The notes under the pieces are model-generated. The model saw only the letters and a program-made list of their open reading frames with translations. It was not told where the DNA came from and made no database searches. A stretch of DNA of 64,000 bases, from positions 62,001-126,000 of the IMG/VR virus record IMGVR_UViG_3300017917_002434; one strand, given 5' to 3'. Position 1 is the stretch's first letter. Each line of letters begins with the position of its first letter. Shown one piece after another: positions 27,735 to 37,093 of this stretch. A program made the translations under genes and the position numbers.

Positions 27735-30401
27735 TTGAGTTACGTTGACGCATTCTATAATCGCGATCAGGATACTATCCATATTGTCGAACGAGACGAT
27801 AAAGGAATTAGGCATTTTAAAGAATATCCTGCTCGACACATCTTTTACTTTCAAGACCCTAAAGGAAAATACACTAGTACTCACGGAGAACCGCTGAGCC
27901 GTGTAACCTGTAAAAATCTCAAAGATTTACATAAAGAACTTAAAATACATAGTGGCATGAAGCTCTACGAATCGGACATAAATCCGATTTATCGCTGTCT
28001 CGAAGACAATTATCTAAATCAAGATTCTCCTAAATTACAAGTAGCGTTTTTTGATATTGAAGTTGACTTTGATCCGGAACGTGGTTACGCATCGCCTGAA
28101 GATGCTTTTATGCCGATTACTGCTATAGCTATTCATTTACAATGGCTGAATACTCTAGTTTGTTTAGCCCTACCTCCAAAAACGCTAACTTTAGAAGAAG
28201 CCAAAAAACAAGTATCTGAATTTCCTAATACATATATCTTCGAAACAGAGGCTGAACTATTAGATAACTTCTTAAATCTCATCCAAGATGCTGATGTGTT
28301 AAGTGGTTGGAACTCAGAAGGCTTTGATATTCCTTACACAGTTAATCGTGTTACCAAAGTTCTCAGCAAAGATGACACAAGACGTTTCTGTTTGTGGGAT
28401 CAATATCCTAAGAAGCGTGAATACGAGAAATATGGTAGAACTTCTGTGACCTATGATCTCGTAGGTAGAGTACATCTAGATTTATTAGAAATCTATAGAA
28501 AATATACCTACGAAGAAAGACATTCGTATCGACTAGATGCTATCGCCGAATATGAATTAGGAGAAACTAAAACAGTCTATGAAGGTACATTAGATCAACT
28601 TTACAATAATGATTTCAAAAAGTTCATCGAATACAATAGACAAGACTGTGCTCTACTAGATAAACTAGACAATAAACTTAAATTCTTGGATCTCGCTAAT
28701 AAGATCGCACACGAAAATACAGTATTACTACAGACTACAATGGGTGCTGTAGCTGTTACAGAGCAGGCTATCATTAACGAGGCACATCGTAGAGGGATGA
28801 TAGTACCCAATCGGGTAAGAAGAGAACCTGGCTCTGAGCCAGCTGCTGGTGCTTATGTCGCTTATCCTAAGAAAGGCATCCACGAATGGATTGGTTCAGT
28901 TGATATTAACTCACTGTATCCTTCAGCAATTCGTGCCTTAAACATGGGACCAGAGACTATCGTAGGACAGTTGCGTCAAGACTACACTAAAAACTATATC
29001 GATCAAGAAATGGGCAAAGGAAAATCTTTCGCCGCTGCTTGGGAAGGTATATTTGGTAGTCTAGAATACGAATATGTGATGGAAAGAAACGTTGCCAAAG
29101 AAATTACTATCGACTGGGAAGGTGGGGGTAGTGATACACTCAGCGGTGCTCAGATCTATGATCTTATATTCGAAAACAATCAACCTTGGATGCTATCAGC
29201 AAACGGTACTATCTTTACCTACGAAAAAGAAGGTATTATTCCCGGACTGTTAAAGCGTTGGTATGCTGAACGTAAAGAGATGCAGGCCAAACTTAAAGAA
29301 TGTATCGCTGCTGGTAATAAAGTAGAAGAAGAATACTGGGACAAGCGACAGCTAGTTAAGAAGATTAATTTGAACAGTTTGTACGGTGCTATTCTTAATC
29401 CGGGTTGTAGGTTCTTTGATAATAGGATCGGTCAGAGTACTACACTCAGTGGTAGACAGATCGTCAAACATATGGCTAGTAAGATCAATGAAATAGCCAC
29501 AGGAGAATATGATTACAAAGGTAAAGCTGTAATCTACGGTGATACAGACTCATGTTATTTCTCAGCCTATCCTGTATTAAAGAAAGAAATTGAATCTGGA
29601 CAGTTGCCGTGGACCAAAGAAACTGTGGTTCAACTCTATGATCAGATCGCCGACGAAGTAAATGCCAGCTTTCCAAAAATGATGCAGGATAAGTTTCATT
29701 GTCCTAAGACTCGCGGAGAAGTTATTAAAGCAGGTAGAGAACTTGTTGCTTCAAAGGGGCTGTTTATTACCAAGAAGCGTTATGCTGTACTTTATTATGA
29801 TAAAGAAGGCAAACGTACAGATGTTAATGATAAACCTGGTAAAATCAAAGCCATGGGTCTTGATCTGAAACGTTCAGATACTCCTGTTGTAATTCAAGAC
29901 TTCCTTAGCAAAGTACTCGAGATGGTACTTAATGGTGTTCCTAGAGAAGAAGTTCTAGAATACATCACTGATTTCCGTACAGAGTTTAAGACTAGACCTG
30001 GTTGGGAGAAAGGTTCACCTAAACGTGCCAACAACATTACCGAGTATCAGGCTAAAGAAAAGAAACAAGGCAAAGCCAACATGCCCGGCCATGTTCGAGC
30101 TAGCTTAAACTGGAATACTCTGAAACGTATGCATGACGACAAGTACTCTATGGGGATCACTGACGGTGCTAAGGTTATTGTTTGTAAAGTCAAAGATAAT
30201 CCAATGGGCTATACTTCAGTGGCATACCCTGTTGACGAACTTAGATTGCCGCAATGGTTCAAAGATCTTCCGTTCGATGATTCCGAGATGGAGACTACAG
30301 TCATCGACGAAAAGCTAGAAAACCTTATTGGTGTTTTGGAATGGGACATCAGTTCAACAAGGTCAGATAACACATTCAGCAAATTGTTTGATTTTGAGTA
30401 A
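27735..30401 (+). CDS. Family B DNA polymerase (gp43-like) with 3'-5' exonuclease
   Basis: FDIEVD, GWNSEGFD, YNRQD, DINSLYPS, KINLNSLYG, YGDTDS, KKRY; TTG start. Confidence 0.96.
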   Translation: MSYVDAFYNRDQDTIHIVERDDKGIRHFKEYPARHIFYFQDPKGKYTSTHGEPLSRVTCKNLKDLHKELKIHSGMKLYESDINPIYRCLEDNYLNQDSPKLQVAFFDIEVDFDPERGYASPEDAFMPITAIAIHLQWLNTLVCLALPPKTLTLEEAKKQVSEFPNTYIFETEAELLDNFLNLIQDADVLSGWNSEGFDIPYTVNRVTKVLSKDDTRRFCLWDQYPKKREYEKYGRTSVTYDLVGRVHLDLLEIYRKYTYEERHSYRLDAIAEYELGETKTVYEGTLDQLYNNDFKKFIEYNRQDCALLDKLDNKLKFLDLANKIAHENTVLLQTTMGAVAVTEQAIINEAHRRGMIVPNRVRREPGSEPAAGAYVAYPKKGIHEWIGSVDINSLYPSAIRALNMGPETIVGQLRQDYTKNYIDQEMGKGKSFAAAWEGIFGSLEYEYVMERNVAKEITIDWEGGGSDTLSGAQIYDLIFENNQPWMLSANGTIFTYEKEGIIPGLLKRWYAERKEMQAKLKECIAAGNKVEEEYWDKRQLVKKINLNSLYGAILNPGCRFFDNRIGQSTTLSGRQIVKHMASKINEIATGEYDYKGKAVIYGDTDSCYFSAYPVLKKEIESGQLPWTKETVVQLYDQIADEVNASFPKMMQDKFHCPKTRGEVIKAGRELVASKGLFITKKRYAVLYYDKEGKRTDVNDKPGKIKAMGLDLKRSDTPVVIQDFLSKVLEMVLNGVPREEVLEYITDFRTEFKTRPGWEKGSPKRANNITEYQAKEKKQGKANMPGHVRASLNWNTLKRMHDDKYSMGITDGAKVIVCKVKDNPMGYTSVAYPVDELRLPQWFKDLPFDDSEMETTVIDEKLENLIGVLEWDISSTRSDNTFSKLFDFE

Positions 30402-30409
30402 TTTCTAGG

Positions 30410-30438
30410 TTGATTTTTTCTCAAGATCTAAATATAAT
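30410..30438 (+). promoter_or_regulatory. Sigma70-type promoter TTGATT-N17-TATAAT, with overlapping TAAATA
   Basis: Intergenic; correct spacing. Confidence 0.6.
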
Positions 30439-30463
30439 CTTAATATACATGGAGACTCTCTAA

Positions 30464-31201
30464 ATGAAAGATATTTTACAAGACATCGTAGGTCACACAC
30501 AGAATCTAGGCTTCTTAACAACTGTTAAAGTCACAGGCTCAGAAGAAGGTACAGCAATTTTTTCAATGGCGGATGATCGTTCTGTGATCATGGAAGCTAC
30601 TACACACAATCCATATCCAGATATGATTGGTACATTTGGTATGCCGCAACTACAGAAACTCAAGTATCTGTTAGATGGGCCGGAGTATAAAGAAGATGCT
30701 AAGATCAATATTACCACAGCAGAACGCAATGGCGAAACTATTCCTGTAGGCATCCACTTTGAAAACAAAGACGGCGACTTCAAGAACGATTATCGTTTCA
30801 TGAATCAAGAAATCATCAACGAAAAGATGAAGACAGTCAAGTTTCGTGGTGTTAAGTGGGACGTAGAATTAGAGCCAAGCGTGGCCGCAGTACAGCGTTT
30901 CAACTTTCAAGCAGGTGCTCACAGCGAACATCCGACATTTCTCGCTAAAACAGACAGCGGTAATCTAAAGTTTATCTTTGGTGATGCTTCTACACACGGT
31001 GGTGAGTTTGTATTCGCACAGAATGTAGCAGGTAAACTTGATCGCGGTTGGACTTGGCCAGTCAATCCAATCCTAAGTATCTTGAAAATCGCAGATGTTA
31101 ACAATACAAAAATGGCTCTAAGTAATGAAGGTGCCATCCAGATTACTCTAGACAGCGGTTTAGCTACTTACAAATACATTATTCCAGCACAACAGCAATG
31201 A
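30464..31201 (+). CDS. Probable sliding clamp (gp45/PCNA-like)
   Basis: 245 aa, directly after the polymerase; PCNA-like C-terminal strand YKYIIPA; clamp loader present in the window. Confidence 0.55.
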   Translation: MKDILQDIVGHTQNLGFLTTVKVTGSEEGTAIFSMADDRSVIMEATTHNPYPDMIGTFGMPQLQKLKYLLDGPEYKEDAKINITTAERNGETIPVGIHFENKDGDFKNDYRFMNQEIINEKMKTVKFRGVKWDVELEPSVAAVQRFNFQAGAHSEHPTFLAKTDSGNLKFIFGDASTHGGEFVFAQNVAGKLDRGWTWPVNPILSILKIADVNNTKMALSNEGAIQITLDSGLATYKYIIPAQQQ

Positions 31202-31205
31202 TATT

Positions 31206-31448
31206 ATGAAAGAGTGGCGTGACGCAGATCATAAGGTTTCTTATTATTTTGAAAAAGATAATGGTAGGATCATCGGTCAAGTATACAATCTAGCACATAC
31301 AAATATCTATGGTGCTAAAGTTTACAGCGAACGCAACGAAGAATTATATCTAGGTCAATATATCAGCTATGAATTCGCTAAAAAGGCCACTGAACATTTT
31401 TGGAACGTACAAGAGAGAACACTAACACATGAAGAAGCCACCAGTTAA
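31206..31448 (+). CDS. Hypothetical protein
   Basis: 80-aa ORF in operon context. Confidence 0.55.
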   Translation: MKEWRDADHKVSYYFEKDNGRIIGQVYNLAHTNIYGAKVYSERNEELYLGQYISYEFAKKATEHFWNVQERTLTHEEATS

Positions 31449-32955
31449 TTTAACCCCACTACAGAAAGACTACGCAGTATATCTACCTGCGATCAGTTGT
31501 TTCTTTTCAACATACATTAGCAAACAGAGATTTGACGAATTCGTTCCGCAAGATCGTATTCCTAAAGGATTTGATCGAGGCATCGAAGGTATGAACTTCT
31601 TAAATCCAGAACAGGGTTACTTTACCTACAAATATGGCTTATATTCAGCTGGTCACGCACAATTAGATCTAAATAAGACTATAACACAAGATGCTATGAT
31701 ACAAGATCGTGATCGTGCTAATACTTTGATCGTAGGCGATTCCGGCGGATATCAGATTGGTAAAGGTGTTCTTAAATTTGATTGGCAGAATTTCGAAGGA
31801 GCAGCAGCGAACAAGGTTCGCGACAACATCCTTAATTGGTTAGAATTAACTGCCGATTGGTCAATGTTGCTAGACGTCCCTACCTGGGCTTGTGATCATA
31901 TTCATGGTCCAAAAACAGGATTAAAAAGTTTCAATGATTGTTTAGAAAAAACACTTCACAATAACGACTATTTCATTAGAAATAGACTAGGTCAAACTAA
32001 ATTTTTAAATGTTCTTCAAGGTAGTGACTGGGAAACAGCACAGGCTTGGTATGAAGCAGTTAAACACTTGCCCACAGAAGGTTGGGCGATGGGTGGAAAG
32101 AATATGTGCGATATGGAAATCGCACTAAAAAGACTTATCATTCTAAGAGACGAAAAACTTTTAGATGATAGGAATTGGATGCACTTCTTGGGCACCGCTC
32201 AATTAGATTGGTCCTGCTATCTAACTTCTATTCAACGCCAAGTGAGGGAAAACATCAATGAAAACTTTACCATATCTTTTGACTGTGCCAGCCCATTTAT
32301 CGCAACAGCACACGGACTCGTCTATACTAACGCCCAGCACACAAACAAACGCTGGTCAGTCATCATGGACAAAGCACCAGACAACAAAGCCCTTAGCCAG
32401 GCTTTTCATGTCCCGTTCCCCTTTGAATCAGAAATCGGAAGAAGACTCACTCAAGGTGACATCTGCTGGTACAAGCCGGGAATGTTAAACAAAGTAGGCA
32501 AAGAAGGCAAAACATCTTGGGATAGTTTTGGTTACGCCCTAATGATGGCACATAATACCTACTGTCATATTGTTGCTGTACAACGTGCTAATAATTTGAT
32601 GGATATCGAAACTGCTCGATTCGCTCCCGATTGGAGAGAGTGGAAGAAGATCAAAGACTCGGACATGAGTGACGAGTATTCAGATTGGGTACCTAGAAAT
32701 ATACTTTACTTTGATCGTTTTGTAAAAGAATTATTCAAGAGCGAAACACCTATGCAGATGATCGAAGATGCTAAACCTATGCTATCAAATATGATGGGTA
32801 TGAGACTTAAAGGTGGGGTGGCTAAGAACCAATTTAACAGTTTGTTCGACGAAGAACAAAAAACCGGCGATGTAGAAGATTTCATGGATCCCGAAGATCC
32901 TAAGTTGAAAGAATTGGAAGAACTTTATTACGAACAGGAGGCTCAGAATGTATGA
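31429..32955 (+). CDS. TGT-fold DNA 7-deazaguanine transglycosylase (DpdA-like)
   Basis: GDSGGYQ, MLLDVP, NVLQG, GWAMGG, HFLG, SFDCASP TGT motifs; folE and queE nearby. Confidence 0.75.
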   Translation: MKKPPVNLTPLQKDYAVYLPAISCFFSTYISKQRFDEFVPQDRIPKGFDRGIEGMNFLNPEQGYFTYKYGLYSAGHAQLDLNKTITQDAMIQDRDRANTLIVGDSGGYQIGKGVLKFDWQNFEGAAANKVRDNILNWLELTADWSMLLDVPTWACDHIHGPKTGLKSFNDCLEKTLHNNDYFIRNRLGQTKFLNVLQGSDWETAQAWYEAVKHLPTEGWAMGGKNMCDMEIALKRLIILRDEKLLDDRNWMHFLGTAQLDWSCYLTSIQRQVRENINENFTISFDCASPFIATAHGLVYTNAQHTNKRWSVIMDKAPDNKALSQAFHVPFPFESEIGRRLTQGDICWYKPGMLNKVGKEGKTSWDSFGYALMMAHNTYCHIVAVQRANNLMDIETARFAPDWREWKKIKDSDMSDEYSDWVPRNILYFDRFVKELFKSETPMQMIEDAKPMLSNMMGMRLKGGVAKNQFNSLFDEEQKTGDVEDFMDPEDPKLKELEELYYEQEAQNV

Positions 32956-33160
32956 ACGCAGAATTAAACATTTGGAAGAAGCACACAGAGCACTGGATAA
33001 ACAGATCGAAACTTTGGAAAGAACTGGTAATTTTACAGACCAAAGATTAACTGATTTGAAGAAACATAAGTTGACATTAAAGGATGAAATTGCTATACTA
33101 AAGCGTAAGCAATGGGAACACGACCACGAAACTATCCATTATGACGACGACGAAAGATAA
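32948..33160 (+). CDS. DUF465/YdcH-like coiled-coil protein
   Basis: L.E.H..LD.QI..LE...LKK.KL.LKDEI. Confidence 0.7.
   Translation: MYERRIKHLEEAHRALDKQIETLERTGNFTDQRLTDLKKHKLTLKDEIAILKRKQWEHDHETIHYDDDER
33071..33099 (+). promoter_or_regulatory. Sigma70 promoter TTGACA-N17-TATACT
   Basis: Near-consensus, internal to the upstream gene. Confidence 0.6.
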
Positions 33161-33374
33161 GAAATCTAAACCTCATCAATTTGCTCTTAATCGAAGCCAA
33201 ATTGAAAAACTTGCCAAGATGGCCGCTCACTTTAAAGAAGTCGAGTGGTTCACTCTCGAAGAAAACAATAGCAGCGGAATCGGTCCTACCGTTGTTGTTA
33301 AGTTCAACCTATTCAACGATATCGATAAGGACATCGATACTACCGTTGATATCACTGATGTGAGTACCTGGTGA
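33141..33374 (+). CDS. Hypothetical protein
   Basis: SSGIG motif; operon context. Confidence 0.55.
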   Translation: MTTTKDKKSKPHQFALNRSQIEKLAKMAAHFKEVEWFTLEENNSSGIGPTVVVKFNLFNDIDKDIDTTVDITDVSTW

Positions 33375-33835
33375 ATCAAGATCTTGATAAAAAACTCTGC
33401 GAAAAATATCCAAAAATTTTTAAAGACAGGCACGGTGATCCTAAACAAACTTTAATGTGTTTTGGTTTTGAATGCGGAGACGGATGGTATAGTATTCTCG
33501 ATGCTCTGTGTTCTAATATCCAACATCACATCGATTGGAATAATCAGAATCATGCCAAAGGTTTTAAACAATATAAAGAAGTACCGCAAGTAGTAGCTGT
33601 ACAGATCAAAGAAAAATTTGGAGGTCTTCGTTTTTATTACGACGGTGGCGATGATCACATTAGCGGTATGGTACGGATGGCTGAGTCATGGGCCGATCGT
33701 ACCTGCGAAGAATGCGGAGGACCAGGATATGCAAGACGAGGTGGTTGGATCAAGACTCTTTGCGATCACCACGAAGAAATTAGACAAGAACATTATCGCC
33801 AACGTGAAATGAAACTATCAGGACTTGAAGAATGA
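33371..33835 (+). CDS. Conserved phage protein with C-terminal Zn-ribbon-like motif
   Basis: ECGDGW, QIKEKFGGLRFY, CEECG...TLC. Confidence 0.65.
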   Translation: MNQDLDKKLCEKYPKIFKDRHGDPKQTLMCFGFECGDGWYSILDALCSNIQHHIDWNNQNHAKGFKQYKEVPQVVAVQIKEKFGGLRFYYDGGDDHISGMVRMAESWADRTCEECGGPGYARRGGWIKTLCDHHEEIRQEHYRQREMKLSGLEE

Positions 33836-34290
33836 GAACCTGCGGAGAATGTACAGAATGCTGTACAGGAACATTACAGGGCGAAGTCCGAGGTTATAAA
33901 TTTGATAAAAATTCGCCCTGTTTCTTTTTAAAAGAAAATAAATGTAGCATTTATGAATCCCGTCCAGATCATCCTTGTAAAAATTATAGCTGTATGTGGT
34001 TAAACGATATTAGTATTCCTGATTTCATGAGACCAGATATTTCGAAGGTAGTTTTAACTAAACGGTCTGTTGATAATTTTGATTACATAGAAGCAGAAGA
34101 AGCTGCTCGAAAAATTATGTCTGCTGAAACCCTAGCTAACGTTATCAATTTCGCTGTCCAAACTAAACAGAATTTAGTATACAGAGTTTCGGGCAGACTA
34201 AGATGGTTTGGAGATCCAGAATTTATAAACTTTATGGATAATCAAAAAATAGTTACTAAAATTATTGAGGTAAAACCTTATGAAGCGTGA
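33832..34290 (+). CDS. YkgJ-like Cys-cluster (Zn or Fe-S) protein
   Basis: CGECTECC...CFFL...CSIYESRP..C..YSC. Confidence 0.75.
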   Translation: MRTCGECTECCTGTLQGEVRGYKFDKNSPCFFLKENKCSIYESRPDHPCKNYSCMWLNDISIPDFMRPDISKVVLTKRSVDNFDYIEAEEAARKIMSAETLANVINFAVQTKQNLVYRVSGRLRWFGDPEFINFMDNQKIVTKIIEVKPYEA

Positions 34291-34813
34291 TTACAGACAA
34301 GGTGAAGCAGAAAACATTACGTTTTTTGTAGGAGAAGAAATTGAAAAAACACCAGCATTTGGGCTTCGTACACTTTTTGTTGTCGGTGTTCACGATCCCT
34401 ATATTATTCTTGAGCTTGCTCGCAATAATAATTGTCGTCATATCTATTTCGGTGCTAACCAGAGTTTTAGAACTAACGGCGTCAATGACGCAGAAACTTG
34501 GCGGCCGTGGGAAGATATGATCTATGTCTGTCTCGATGCTGAAGATGGATTCTGGTGTACTTTAGATTTTGATGTACGCGAAACGGAAGGATTGCTAGAG
34601 AGCGGTCTTACCGAAAAGCGTAGATTTATTCCGCAGATTAGTGTAAAATTACCATATATTAATCAACTAGGCTATAACGCTACACTGAAGATTGATGATA
34701 AGAATTTCGCAGCAACTAATCCTGGGGTTTGGTGCCATAACCTACAGGATCTAATGGGTAGAGATAAGTTTACCAATTGGGATCAATATGGCAAGGATGA
34801 GATAATCAAATGA
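34280..34813 (+). CDS. Hypothetical protein in the deazaguanine region
   Basis: 177 aa; TLFVVG, HIYFGANQSF, NPGVWCH. Confidence 0.65.
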   Translation: MKRDYRQGEAENITFFVGEEIEKTPAFGLRTLFVVGVHDPYIILELARNNNCRHIYFGANQSFRTNGVNDAETWRPWEDMIYVCLDAEDGFWCTLDFDVRETEGLLESGLTEKRRFIPQISVKLPYINQLGYNATLKIDDKNFAATNPGVWCHNLQDLMGRDKFTNWDQYGKDEIIK

Positions 34814-35166
34814 GTGGTTACGGACAGGCGATAGGGTATGCTAATACGTCAAAAGGTATAGGTATCAAACCTGCTCGCAAGATAAGGAAACAAAAAGTGA
34901 AACTTACATTTAGACAGCGTATTCGTAATTGGTTGAACAGTGACGACTACGATCAAGATGTTCCTCAAGTAGTGGAAGCAGATCGACTTTCTAGTGAAGG
35001 CATGCGTCTACAAATTTACAAAGCTAATGGCGGTTATGTAGTTGAGACTCGTAGCTATGACAGTCATAAAGATCGTCATCACCATACAATGCATGTAATT
35101 ACTGAAGAAAGCGATCTTGGTGATTCTTTGGGTAAAATCGTAATGATGGAGGCACTGAAAAGATGA
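34810..35166 (+). CDS. Hypothetical protein
   Basis: Coupled ORF; ANGGYVVE motif. Confidence 0.6.
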   Translation: MSGYGQAIGYANTSKGIGIKPARKIRKQKVKLTFRQRIRNWLNSDDYDQDVPQVVEADRLSSEGMRLQIYKANGGYVVETRSYDSHKDRHHHTMHVITEESDLGDSLGKIVMMEALKR

Positions 35167-35366
35167 AAGAGTTTACAGTAAAACAAAGTTCAGCATTTAG
35201 ACTGCGTGTTAAAAGTTGGAAATGCCTTAATCCTTCTGATCTAAATAGTATTGAATTTATTAACGAATCTCTCGACAACAAGGGAGAAGTTAGTCAGAGT
35301 TCTGTATATAATTTCTTCATGACTGACGACGAAGTTAAAACACTCTGCGAAGGAATGTTAAAGTGA
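35163..35366 (+). CDS. Hypothetical protein
   Basis: Coupled ORF. Confidence 0.55.
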   Translation: MKEFTVKQSSAFRLRVKSWKCLNPSDLNSIEFINESLDNKGEVSQSSVYNFFMTDDEVKTLCEGMLK

Positions 35367-35758
35367 TTGTTAAACAAGATATAAGACCCAACAAAATGAT
35401 TTGGGTTACATTCCGTAAAGAAGGAATCCATAAGTATCCAGCAGCCGCAACAGATCCCAATCTAGCAACAGGAGATGAATATGATGTATCGTTTTTGGCT
35501 AATCCCCATCGCCATATTTTTCATTTTAGGGTATGGCTTAGTGTCACCCATAATGACAGAGATGTGGAATTTATACAATTTAAGCGATGGCTCGAAAAAC
35601 TGTATTCTAGCAACGAAGGTGTATTGTCGCTAGACTATAAAAGTTGTGAGATGATGAGCGACGATTTATATGCTCAGATTCACGCAAAGTATCCAGACCG
35701 TGAGGTTTGGATTGAGGTCTCCGAAGACGGAGAAAATGGTTCATTCATCAAATATTAA
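35363..35758 (+). CDS. T-fold QueD-paralog (DpdL-like) protein
   Basis: EGIH..., LANPHRHIF (LxxxHRHxF), RDVEF, SCE, V.EDGENG; lacks the canonical QueD C..HGH motif. Confidence 0.7.
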   Translation: MIVKQDIRPNKMIWVTFRKEGIHKYPAAATDPNLATGDEYDVSFLANPHRHIFHFRVWLSVTHNDRDVEFIQFKRWLEKLYSSNEGVLSLDYKSCEMMSDDLYAQIHAKYPDREVWIEVSEDGENGSFIKY

Positions 35759-35767
35759 AAAGGAAAC

Positions 35768-35971
35768 ATGATGAAACAGCAAGTTGAGAAAATCTTTGAC
35801 GATCTCGACCGTTACTTGGATTTTTGCCGTTTTGAGCTTAGGGACTTTAATCCCGCTCATCTGTACGATAAAGATAATGAAAATTATCGTGCGTTTCTAA
35901 ACAGTCAGCGTCCTCAAAGACGCTGGGATAACAACCGTGGCTATAAGCCATATAATAAACGACATGGGTAA
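35768..35971 (+). CDS. Hypothetical protein
   Basis: AGGA RBS; 67 aa. Confidence 0.55.
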   Translation: MMKQQVEKIFDDLDRYLDFCRFELRDFNPAHLYDKDNENYRAFLNSQRPQRRWDNNRGYKPYNKRHG

Positions 35972-37058
35972 AATATTTCTTGTCGATCTTGAAGCAGTAG
36001 AAACAAGGTACACAGGCGAGTGGAAAACCCACTTGCCTGCCTTGTTAAGAAAGAGAGGTCACGATGTTCAAGTTATTAGTGGTCCTAAAGATATTCCTAG
36101 TGCCACTACTCCTGGTGCCTTTCTTAACTTTGGCGGCACTAATATCTATAAGTCTCGCCAAGTTGAAGAATTTAGTAGGTTATTTACATCCGGAGCAGTT
36201 AAGTCTGGGGATCATTTTATTTTTACTGATGCTTGGCATCCTGGTATCATAAACTTAAAATACATGAGTGAACTACTTAATATCAAAGTAGTTATACATG
36301 CTCTCTGGCATGCCGGATCATATGATCCCCAAGATTTTCTAGGTAGACTGATAGGCAATGCTCCATGGGTTAGACACGCTGAAAAGAGTTTCTTTCATGC
36401 CATAAATCATAACTATTTTGCTACTGACTTCCATATTAGAATGTTCGACAATAATCTTCTAAACGACGGTCTGATGGAAAATCCTTGGCGTTATGAAGAT
36501 ATGAAAGAATATCTAGAGAATAAAAAGATTATTCGATCAGGCTGGCCTATGGAGTATATGCCCGACACTCTATTAATGTATAAGAATATGCCTAAGCGTA
36601 ATCTTATCCTTTTCCCTCATCGTATAGCACCAGAAAAGCAACTTCCGATATTTGAAGATTTAAAAGAAAGATTGCCTCAATACGAATTTAAAGTATGCCA
36701 GGAATATCCGTTAACTAAGAATGAATATCACAATATGTTAGGTGAAGCTAAATTAGTTTTTAGTGCTAACCTACAAGAAACACTAGGCATCAGTTGGTAC
36801 GAAGGTGCTCTAGTAGACGCTATACCTATGGTTCCAAATAGGTTAAGCTATTCAGAAATGGCTTTAGATGATTTTAAATACCCTTCTGAGTGGACAGAAT
36901 CTTTCGAATCATATCACACACATAGAGAAAAGGTAGTACATCAAATTATCCAGTATATGGAAAATTATGAAAAATTCTTACCAAGCCTAAATAAACAGGT
37001 AGATGTATTAACTAAAAACTTCTTTAGTTGCGATAATCTATTAGAGATGTTAAAATAA
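35964..37058 (+). CDS. GT-B fold glycosyltransferase
   Basis: FPHRIAPEKQ and LQETLGISWYEG (E-x7-E) GT4-like motifs; start moved to MGKIF. Confidence 0.75.
   Translation: MGKIFLVDLEAVETRYTGEWKTHLPALLRKRGHDVQVISGPKDIPSATTPGAFLNFGGTNIYKSRQVEEFSRLFTSGAVKSGDHFIFTDAWHPGIINLKYMSELLNIKVVIHALWHAGSYDPQDFLGRLIGNAPWVRHAEKSFFHAINHNYFATDFHIRMFDNNLLNDGLMENPWRYEDMKEYLENKKIIRSGWPMEYMPDTLLMYKNMPKRNLILFPHRIAPEKQLPIFEDLKERLPQYEFKVCQEYPLTKNEYHNMLGEAKLVFSANLQETLGISWYEGALVDAIPMVPNRLSYSEMALDDFKYPSEWTESFESYHTHREKVVHQIIQYMENYEKFLPSLNKQVDVLTKNFFSCDNLLEMLK
37028..37056 (+). promoter_or_regulatory. Possible sigma70 promoter TTGCGA-N17-TAAAAT
   Basis: Upstream of folE; correct spacing. Confidence 0.45.
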
Positions 37059-37093
37059 TATGTCATCCACGACTATAACTCGGAGAAATTTAA

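Noticed and set aside
27735-30401. Intron or intein in the DNA polymerase
   Set aside because: The ORF is continuous, of normal length, with all motifs in order and no intein or homing-endonuclease signatures.
35363-35758. Calling this gene canonical queD
   Set aside because: It lacks the C-x-x-x-HGH QueD signature and has HRH instead, so it is left as a QueD paralog with no symbol.
37059-37093. preQ1 riboswitch upstream of folE
   Set aside because: The gap is short and shows no recognisable preQ1 stem-loop with A-rich tail.
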